Part shown: piece by piece, positions 39,201 to 48,950 of the stretch | Layout: every line of letters starts with the position of its first letter | Position numbering within the stretch: position 1 is the stretch's first letter | Assembly: GCF_025526975.1 (NCBI RefSeq) | Contig: NW_026515671.1 | Span: forward strand, 558,001-622,000 | Length of the DNA stretch: 64,000 nucleotides | From: Fimicolochytrium jonesii | Taxonomy: Eukaryota | Reading direction: 5' to 3' | The notes under the pieces: model-generated | What the model was told of the DNA's origin: nothing | The model's input: the letters and a program-made list of their open reading frames with translations, nothing else | Databases searched by the model: none | Made by a program: the position numbers and the translations under genes

Positions 39201-41436
39201 TCAGCAATTTTGCTTCAACTTGTTAGGGAGGATATTCGTACCGGGAATTTCGAAAGAATCTTCTCGTACAGCCTTGACGCTATGTGGCGATTATGCGCCA
39301 CCGAGTCAAGCAAATATGGCAATTCAGCGGCTGGTGATTTCTCTGCTTTCATGTACTGCCACAAACACTTCACGGCAATGAGCGTCTCGAGATGATAATG
39401 ACGAGCATCTGCCTCCATAGATGAGAGCTCAGCGTATCCAGTGACGTTCAGACTGGACACTAGCAGATCTTCTTTCCGTCTGTCTTGCTCCAAACATCGC
39501 TCCTCTCTTGTCAAAAAGAATCGAATGTCGAATGGCGGCTTCATCAATTTCGCCGAAAGCAGCGAATCGTATGCAACATCGGTTCCTTGGATGTTGAATG
39601 TCACGACGTAATGAGCTCGGAGTAGATAAATTTGGCTAGAGCGCGGGAACTGATCCACTCCGACCAAGAAGATCTTCCTCGCCAAGCTACGCGCATCAGC
39701 GTCGTCATTGTTTTGCAAAAACCGGCATGCAATTTCGACATCCTGTTTGCCAACGTTGAGCGATCAAGACCCTCATCGACGGAAGTTACTATGCGCCGCT
39801 TACCTCAATTGATTTAAAAACTTTGATTGGTTTCGGGTTGATTTTGGTGGTAATTGCCCTCAATTTGGCGGGACTATTCAGCTCAAGGTCGGGCTCCGTC
39901 GACTCTTCCAGAATTTGTTGCTGCAAGGGAGTGAGCCGCTGGTTCTTCAAGAAAGATGCAGATCTCTTCAGTGTCGTAGAAGGTGCAGGCGATCTGGCGA
40001 GATTTGGTTGATACGCCATTTTTGCTGCCGAGGCCCAAACCATCAGCAATCTCTCTTCCATCCGCCTCATTTATACCTAAGTTTCTGACACTTACCGCGG
40101 AACCTTTGATAGACACCCTCAGCGATACGTCTTCGGCTGAGTTTGCAGAGTTGAGCCCCGACCCCAAAGGAGGGCAGAAGAAGCAAGCAGAGCACGGCGA
40201 AAGAGGCAGGGCCTTCCGTAGGACCAACAATGAAGACAATTGCTGCCTGGATTGCCGACACCAGGCTCGCAAAGTAGATGCCAGCTCGCAAGTCATTGAC
40301 CCATGACACAAAATAAGGCTGGTAGCGGATGGTTATTCCGTACATGACGATGGATGTGATAATGATGGCTGCCAAAGCCACCTGCGGGTAAGGTCGAAAC
40401 ACCTCCAGGCAGATCGCTAAGGCGATCCTGAGGCAGTTGTACACCGAGTCAAATCTGCCAGTCGTCTTGGCGTGGACATCTTTCGCCGTGGGATCGATGG
40501 AGAAGAATACCAGCGCAATAAGGGGCGCCTGCAAAGCTGATTTAGCCTCGAGGACGAACAAGAAGTGTAGAAGAGACGTACCTGCAGAATCAGGTATATC
40601 AACGCCGTAATGGAAAGGACGAATGGAGGCAGGTACTCGGACGAAAAACACAATGACGTCTTCTCCAGCAGCTGTGGCAGGTCTGTTTCCGCGTTGTAGC
40701 AAGCAAAAGCATGTAAGAAAATCTCGATAATGGGAATCAAAAGGACCGTCGAAAGAGCCGTCGTCAGAATCCGAAGGAGCTGTAGCGGCCAAACAACTCC
40801 ATTCAAGCATTAGTTTTTCGCTTTTTGAGTGATACACGGCATAGAATTTTGCTACCTTTCATCTGCGATCCTCGCATCGAAATTCCAACAACCACAGTCA
40901 GCAACGCATTGGCGACGGTAACGCCGAAGGCAAGATAGAAAAGAACCAGAAGGCCTTTGTAATTGTGGGGCTTGGCGGACAGAGGATTGAAAACGTATGC
41001 TGTCGCATTTGATAATGAGAGGCTCGACCGATGGCCGTATGGGAGAAAGCCTCGATGCAGCATCAGACCAAAACTTACGCATCCACGAGGGCAAGTTTCC
41101 GAATCCATACTGAGGCTGGAACGAGAAGGAAAGCAATTGCAAATCTTCAACCATCTGAATTCCCAGTCCTATGAAGGGATTCAGATGGTTCCCCTGCGTC
41201 ATGCCTGCAACCATCTGACATTAGATCGTGTATAACGGATGATACAAGCTCATCCTGCCGCACCATAGAGAATGCCGAACTTTGCAGAGAAGATGGACTT
41301 CGATCAGAACCTGGGGAAGCAGAAGAAACGAAGACCGCCAGGCACTCACGATAGCTTCGACGAACGCATTTTCTTTGATGAAACGACCTCGCGGTTCAAA
41401 GTTGACACCAACGCCTCCATCCTCCATGCTCGTCAT
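36283..41436 (-). CDS. Large polytopic membrane protein of the TmcB/TmcC (tiny macrocysts) type
   Basis: N-terminal multi-TM region, helical region KPPFDIRFFL...LNVTGYAELSSME..ARHYH..LWQYM..YEKILSKFP..IMRHYSNFL, then two TM-extracellular-TM modules ending LVFALPPEV...RFIESGG; many introns. Confidence 0.7.
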
Positions 41437-42632
41437 TTTTGCAGCTTCCTGTCAAAATACAACATTCACCGTTGTTTTGGATGGCGGATGGCGGTCGTAA
41501 AGACCTCGCGATGGGTGTTACAACGGAACTTTTCCCCAGCTAACTTTCGGACTGCCGGGAACGCGTTTATATTTATCTTCGACACCGTCCTCGAAAGCTG
41601 CACTCTAATCGAATATCTCGGACTTTCCCAGACGAGCATACATACATACGTAATGGTATTTTCGGCAAGGCCCTTTTGGCGTTGGATCCACGGAATGGGC
41701 GGGCGCATTCAGGGCCCTTAGCGTGCACATGCACCTCCGACATTACATAACCGTCGAAATCCATGCTTTTGAGGGGGAATGACACGACGTTGGCGCAACA
41801 CGCTTAACCTAGTTCGAATTCCAAACGTCCCAGGCAACTTGTACATACCTTGGCTCCGTCAACCTCCGGTAAGGAGTCGGTTCAGGGAATCATGTTGGGC
41901 TGAAGCGACCCTGGATTCTGAGCACTACCAAAAAGGCATTGCGTGTGCTGCCACAATTATTGATGTGGTTTGCTTACCGACCGTGAACTCCGCGACACAG
42001 GCGCGCTGTCGCTTTCGTCAATATCAATAGGTCACGTGGAGGAGGGAGTTCGTCGAGGCATAAAAAGCGGAAAGTCCTGGAAAGTCCATCTCGATTAACT
42101 CCATCCTCTGCCGAGGATATCCTTTCCGAGCGTCTGCATAGTCTGTCTGCTAGCTGCAAGAGTTGCAAACGCCAGCAGCCACGTTCGTGCTGTTGCCCCT
42201 GGCACATAGAGAGTGCAGATAGCTCATCATCCCTCGCCAGCGATGAAAACCAGTGATGCATGCCATTCTTCGGGCGTGCCTTGGGAGTTCCACTTAGGAG
42301 CTCTTGAGAACGGAGTACTGGGACACTATTGCGCACTCAAAAGGCATGGTCATTATGCTTTGGCAAATGGAAGACCGTGTAAGAGGGTTCCGCTACATTT
42401 CCCAGTCATTTGAAACCCCGCCGACCGCGGGAAAACGCCAGCGTCTGTAGGATATCAGAAAAGTTCTGCCCAGCGGGTACGCTAACCCGGTATGATAATC
42501 AGTCGAACACGCACTTCAGATGATTCAGCTTGTTGAGGAAAATTGAAGTATCGCTACCCTATACTACGGGACAACTACTGGCTATACGAAAGAAGGGCGC
42601 ATCGTCAAAGCTTCGCCTAGAGCTTCGCCTCC

Positions 42633-45061
42633 TCAGAGCCTCGCCTTAGCAACGTCCTGCTGTTTGCCTGCGAACAACGCATGGATCTCTCCCAAAACGG
42701 ACTCGTTTTCGATGGTGGCGGGGATATCGTATTTCTTTCCGTCGGCGATCGCGCGCAAAGTCCTCCGCAAGACTTTTCCACTCCTGGTTTTCGGCAGCCT
42801 CTTGACTATGAACGTTTTGTCGAAGCAGGCGATGGCTCCCATCTGGCCTCGGATGGCTTGTTTCAGGTCGTTTTCAATCTGCCCTGGCTTAAGCTTTGTC
42901 TCTTCTCCGACCTTCAAGACGACGAAGGCAAGCGGTATCTCCCCCTTGAGTTGATCGGCGGCTCCTATGACTGCACACTCGGCGACACTCTTGTGAGCCG
43001 AAACAATTTGCTGTGAAGATGAGGAAAGAGAAGAGAGGGGAACGGGAATGCGCAAAACGGAACGGAGCGAAAGAAAAGACGAAAACAACGAGAACCAACC
43101 TCCATGCCGCCGGTGGACAATCTGTGGCCGGCCGTATTGATGATGTCGTCCGTGCGGCCCATAACACACACGTATCCGTCTTCCTCGATCAAGCCGTGGT
43201 CTGCGGTGTCGAAGTATCCTGCAACCGCGGCAACCCAGAATGTAAGTCAACGAAGATGGGTGTCCATCCCTCTCACGTTCTCTCTTCTTACCAGGAAACG
43301 TTGAGAAATACGACTTTACATATCCTGCATGGTTGTTCCACAGTGTCGTAAAAGTTCCCGGCGGTAGCGGTAATTTCGCGACGAGGGTACCCAATTCGTT
43401 CGGCTTAGCTTCTCTGAACAGCTTTTTGGATGTATGCTGGTCGTCTTCGTCGGTGTGTCCCGAGCCTCCCGTGGTTGGGACGAGAACACGGATGTCATAT
43501 CCGGGGATAGGTGGTCCGGCGGATCCCAACCGGGTTTCGCTGGAAAGTGATTTTTCGGGCATTTCGCATGCAACCGTCATCGGCCAACCTGTCTGTGAAG
43601 GTAATAATGGGATCAGCTCCAATCAGACATATGTGTCACTGAGATCACGAAAGAACATACCTCCGTCTGCCACCAGTTCTCTCTCACGGGTATGTTCAGA
43701 AGGCGAGCATACATGTCGACAGTATCTGGGTCTGCTCGCTCTCCAACAAGGAATATGTTCCTCAAAGTTCCAAGGTTATACTTTTTGATGAGCTTTCCTT
43801 CGGGATCCTCTCGTTTGATTGCACGGATTGCAGTCGGTGCCGTAAACAAGGATACCGCCTTGTACTCTTGAATCACGCGCCAGAATGCTCCTGCGTCAGG
43901 AGTCCCTGTCGGCTTGCCCTCATAAATGATGGTCGTTGCGCCAACGAGCAATGGCCCATACGCGGCGAAAGAGTGGCCAGCCACCCAGGCTACATCCACC
44001 GCGGAAAAGAGAACGTCCCCTGGCCAAAGTCCAACGATGTACTTCATGGTCCAATGAAGTGCAACTGCGTGGCCTCCGTTGTCCCGAACGACACCCTTTG
44101 GGACCCCCGTGGATCCCGAAGTGTAAAGAAGGTAAAGAGGGCTGGAAGCGGACAACTGCACGGGATCCACTTTTGCATTTCGTTGCTTCAGCAGCTCCTG
44201 AGACCAATCGTACTCTCCTTTGTCGGGATTCAGTGATTCTGGCTGTTGGGGACGCTGGAGGATGATCATCGCTTGCGGTTGATGCCCGGCTATGACGATG
44301 GCGGCATCTAAGATGGGTTTGTATCGGATGATTCTATTCTTTGGCTCGATTCCGCATGTAGCGGTCAAGATTAGGCGAGGTTTGCAGTCCTTGATGCGTT
44401 TCGCCAACTCTTTCGGTGGGAATCCGCCAAAAACGACGGAATGAACGGCTCCAAGCCGTGCGCAGGCAAGCATCGCGACGACCGTTTCGATGACCATCGG
44501 CATGTAGATGATTATGGTGTCTCCCTCTTTGATGCCCTGGGACTTTAACACCGCCGCCAAGGTTGAGACTTTTTCCAGCAGTTCCCCGTACGACACGCGG
44601 CTTTTGTTTCCAGTCACGGACGAATCATAGATGAGAGCGGTGCGTTCACCATTACCGGCGAGAACATGGCGATCGACAGCGTTGTAGCAGGTGTTCATCT
44701 GGCAAGTTAGAGTGAGAAGGGAAGTTAGAGTGAGTGGCAAGTTCGTTACGGGACTCGAGGACACATTACCCACCTTCCAGCCGGGGTACCACGAATATCC
44801 TGGCTGACCATATTTGGCCTCATCGTGAACTAGAACGTCCTCGCCCTTCTCATACCAGTCGATGGCCTCAGCTTGCTTCCTCCAGAATCCAGAGGGGTCC
44901 GCGAGACTTTCCCTGTGCAGCTCCTGTTGATAGGCCCAGCCGCGTGATCCTGACGTCGCGAGCATTTGACAGGCGGTGGTGCTTGAACTATAACTTCGAA
45001 TGGGTTGCCTTGAGGAACGTATCGATATGTTGATGAGACGGGAAATGCGACGATTGAACAT
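42633..45061 (-). CDS. Short-chain acyl-CoA (propionyl-CoA) synthetase, ACSS3/PrpE type
   Basis: MNTCYNAVDRHV, GAVHSVVFGGF, YTSGSTGVPKGVVRDNGGHAV, YEGKP, NWWQTETGWP, GRTDDIINTAGHRLS, LPKTRSGKVLR; C-terminus ...AKARL*. Confidence 0.92.
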
Positions 45062-45088
45062 TTGCTCGGCGTGGGAGTGAATCAGCTC

Positions 45089-45096
45089 TTTATATA
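45089..45096 (-). promoter_or_regulatory. TATA box (TATATAAA) of the acyl-CoA synthetase gene
   Basis: Canonical TATATAAAG on the minus strand, 27 nt upstream of the first ATG. Confidence 0.55.
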
Positions 45097-45141
45097 CTAC
45101 GTGCGAGTCCACATATCTGACCCCTATGGCTTTAGTCAGCG

Positions 45142-45204
45142 GCTCAGCAGCTCAGCAGCTCAGCCGCAGCCCCCCCCCCCCCCCTCCCCCCCCCCCCCCC
45201 CCCC
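45142..45204. repeat. (GCTCAGCA)3 tandem followed by a C15-T-C19 homopolymer
   Basis: Direct read. Confidence 0.9.
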
Positions 45205-45422
45205 AACCCCACACTCCCCCCAGGGCTGAGGAAACCCCTTTCCAAATTCATACAAGCCTCTGCTTGTGCGCGTCGGAGTCACGGAGGAGACATGACTGTT
45301 CCCGAACAATTATATGTTGTATTCCGTTGAGCAATATAGGCGGCGTCATCAATTTCGAATTTCCAAGACGCGTCAATCCATCCACTTGGGTTTACAAATT
45401 CGTTGTTGCCCAGACCCATGGA

Positions 45423-45528
45423 ACATAAAGCTGTGCCCCCCTGAAATAAATCAGCGACTGCCGCAACGCCAAAATTCACGTGAGTGACCGACATTGATTT
45501 TCAATTAGACGGGGGCACAGCTTTATGT
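45423..45528. mobile_element. Small foldback / MITE-like element with 18-bp perfect terminal inverted repeats
   Basis: ACATAAAGCTGTGCCCCC (45423-45440) and GGGGGCACAGCTTTATGT (45511-45528); no target-site duplication seen, so mobility is unproven. Confidence 0.45.
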
Positions 45529-45720
45529 CTGGCTGTACGTGGCTGATATGATCCCTACGACATTCGCCTTGAAGGATAATCTTACTCATTACGCCTTGTT
45601 GTCCTCTGAACCGGAAAAAAAAAACGTTGGCGCAATGATCCCAACGAGATCTCGCAACCTTCTCATCGCCCCCTGCCGTCACAACGGAATATGAAGGAAT
45701 TCGTTCAACGCAAAAAACAA

Positions 45721-45792
45721 TGGTCCCGACGAGAATCGAACTCGCAACCCTTCGATCTGGAGTCGAAAGCTCTGCCATTAAGCCACAGGACT
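45721..45792 (-). tRNA. tRNA-Trp (CCA), intronless, with an A1xC72 mismatch
   Basis: AGTCCTG TG GCTT AATGGCA GAGC T TTCGA CTCCAGA TCGAA GGGTT GCGAG TTCGATT CTCGT CGGGACC A, followed by a TTGTTTTTT Pol III terminator. Confidence 0.9.
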
Positions 45793-45922
45793 CTTTCTTA
45801 TTGCTGAGTTGGATTTATTTGTTATTTCCTTATAATTCCCCATCTTCCCCATCAGGACATTATCAAACAATGAAACGCGTCGAAAGACTAGCTCAACATA
45901 TGAAAGCACTCGGCTGCAACCA

Positions 45923-45978
45923 GAGTCGAAAGCTTTGCCATTGAGCCACAGGACTCTTTCTTATTCCTGAGTCGGATT
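45923..45978 (-). pseudogene. Duplicated 5' half of tRNA-Trp plus upstream flank
   Basis: 52/56 identity to 45760-45815; similarity stops at the anticodon loop. Confidence 0.85.
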
Positions 45979-46471
45979 CACTCATGATTCACGGTGATTG
46001 TAGGAGTTGAGAGGGCATCTTGAATTTTACGTTTTCATCTCTCATTTGCGCGGGGGGGCCTCCCGTGTGTGTGTCGACCGATGGTGCCGGACAAAATGAC
46101 TACATTTAAACCCAGTAATGAAGGTGACTAGACGATCTTCAAAACCTTAACGAGATGAACTCTGTTGTGTATGATAATGAAAAAGAAGAACGAACGCGGG
46201 AAGGAAGCTAGTTTGCTTTCATAGGTTAGGAATGGCGCTGCTTGGAGGCCATCACAAGAAAGCGGTAGAACCCACACTGGTACTGTCAAACACGTCGGTT
46301 GTGCTGTCAAACATGTCAGTCGCCCGTTCTCCCGTCCTTTCTCACCCCACATTCCTTATCGGATTGCAATCTGAGCAGACTGGCAGCACTTGCTGAGACC
46401 TCCCATATAAAGAGAGAGATCCCACCACCTTAACAAAAGTCAACACACACAAACCTCCACAACAACTCACA

Positions 46472-48133
46472 ATGCGCTCCCTCCTCTTTAAGTCACATTC
46501 GGACTACGCCAGTCGCCGAACACCGTTCCGATATGCTCTCAAAGCATCACAAGCCGCCGTGAGATACTCAGACGTGCGGTGAGCATAGCCGGCCCTACTA
46601 GCCCAATTCAGGCAGTTAGAGACCTCCACAATGCCGTGGCTCGGGTGGGCACATCAGCAAGCTGCAAGGCCGGCCGCCGATCGAGCGTTCAAGCCTACCT
46701 CCAGGCAGTCTCGAAGCGAGCCGAAGATCGAGTGCAAACTGCGGGCTACGCCTACGGCGCACCCCATTCCCAGGACCGCAGGCGCCAGGTGCAATGTCTC
46801 TGGAATATGCAGATACCTGACATCATGACGCATTTGACGCCGGTGGGGGCGGCGCAAAGTGGTTTGCTGAACAAAAACACCTGGGCCGCATGGGCTTCTG
46901 GCTGGTCTACGGGAGGAAACTAGCTTCATGACGCGCTCAATGCGGGATGCAGCGGATATGATCCCTGGGCGTCATCCTATGCGAAATGTTCTTTTCGGTT
47001 ATGCCCACCCGGTGCCGTGGACGACACGTGGATGGACGACAAGGCTGCTGTAGATGCGGCGATTGAAAGACAGGCGGCATTTTACAGCAGCCTGGTTGTC
47101 CATCCACATGTCGTCTATGAAAGCAACCTGGAAGCTTTCGAGCGTGACGCCAAGGGCCACAGTCTTTCGAACAAGAAGGCAGTACGCTTCAAGTCACCGA
47201 TGTGGACGGGCCTCGCACGAAGAAGATCCGCTTGACCGCATCCACGACGATGAAGGCCAACTGCTTCGTTTCCAATGAGCCGTTGCGGGCGGGACTGTCC
47301 GCCGCCTGATCACTCAGTTTGAACTGATTCCCAATCGTGCCGATCCCTCCCAAACCTCCTCCCATCACAACCACCTCCGTGGCGGCTCGTCCTGCCGCTA
47401 CAGCGGCCCCTGCGAGAGCTCCCGATCGCCCAACTACTGCTACGGCCCCTTCCGCGTTACGAATTCGGGTTAATCTGCCAGTCCTGGAGACATCGAGCTT
47501 TGCGAGTGGAAGTGGGCAATGCCGGCACTACGCCGCTCCGCAAAAATCAGTGCTGCTGTACCGCTCACAGGTACATAGACCCCATCTGTTTTATCGATTT
47601 ACTTCGAAACTGAACATAGTACACCATTCCCGGGGCCCCCTCCTGACGCATGTAGGCCGCAGTCCAGAATCCTCGGCCAGACGTGGACAACGGTTCATAT
47701 GACACACTTTCCCGCGACCTACTCCGAATCTATCACAGTTGTCACCCGGGAGGGTGAAAGTGTGGGTATCCGCGGGAAATCAGTGTCTTTACCAGTGAGC
47801 CATTGTTCGCCTGCCTTTTCCCCTCTCTCACCCTGTCACTCAACCTGTTCTAGAGATACCTCCACCGAGCAATCGAAGCCATCGGCCTTCGCACGGCAAT
47901 CAAAAAATTCTTGCCACAGAGCAACCGGGGTGAGGCCGCAGGCCTATACAGCATCAAGCTCTTCCTCGTTCCCACGGAGAACACCTCCATTTCCGTGGAA
48001 CACCAATGGCTGCTCCACCGTCTTACTGAGAAACGACAATGTGGAGATAAGGTTCCTGCAGGGCCGTGACCGCTCATGCATTCCGCCCGGGGATACCTAC
48101 CGCTTCCGTGGACCTGTCATGTTCGATGTATGA
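46472..48133 (+). pseudogene. Degenerate or unknown gene region
   Basis: TATA-like CATATAAA near 46405, CA-rich leader and ATG at 46472, fragmented ORFs (46579-46923 and 47017-47235 share a frame across one TAG) and intron-like segments at 47571-47655 and ~47753-47853; no coherent full reading frame. Confidence 0.3.
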
Positions 48134-48950
48134 CCAGATTCAACCAACCGACCAGTTCCCGACTCGAACACCCTCTCGGCAACGGCACTCCGAGACTTTA
48201 CGCGAGTCGCAAAGGTCATGATGTTGTAAACTAGCTCTGTGCACGGCCAAGCGCCACCCACTTAGATCGTAGACCGCCATGTGCAAATCTCAAGCACGCC
48301 ATTCGCTGAAACTGGAGACCCTGTGCGCTCAAGCACGCCATGGACCCTAGAAAGACAAAGAATAGAACCGCTCTGTGGAAAAAGAAGTCGGGTACACGGC
48401 AGCTAATCAACCATCTTGCACGTCAAGATGAGCATGTCTGCATGTCTGGTAGAATCCGTTTCCCAAATTGTTAGGAAATTGTGAATGATTTCTTGTGTCG
48501 GTGGTCGCATTGGCCTCGATCGTCAATGGCAAAATGTAGTATTTATATGCACGGGCACCCTACGAATATCAGCAGTTTCCCCTTTCGACACCGAAATGTT
48601 GCATTGCCTCTTGCAATCCTCGAAGAACCGAAATCCTGGCCTGCAGCCAGACTCAATCCAGCATCATAAGATTCGGTTCGCACTTCAACGCAAGCGTTCC
48701 ACTGTCAATCTCGGAGAAGACGCGCTGTCGAGTTTTCGACGTCCCGGGGATGCACTCCGCACAAGGTGGAATTGCACCAGTAACCTTTTCGAGAATAGCC
48801 AATAGTCACAGCAAAAGTACTTCAATCCAACAAAGGGTCAATTGGCCGGGTATAAATGCAAATCTAGAGCTAGCTTTACTCCTACAGTTTCAAATACATT
48901 TTGTCTACGTGACGTTTCCCAATGTCACCATGAGACTCCCAGAAGACGCT

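Noticed and set aside
45126..45428. ORF with a poly-proline run
   Set aside because: Simply the translation of the poly-C tract; no coding signal.
46921..46923. Programmed readthrough or recoding of the in-frame TAG
   Set aside because: No recognisable protein and no readthrough context; other genes here use TAG as a normal stop.
48289..48341. 14-bp direct repeat CTCAAGCACGCCAT
   Set aside because: Only two copies with a 25-nt spacer; not a CRISPR array or a definable element.
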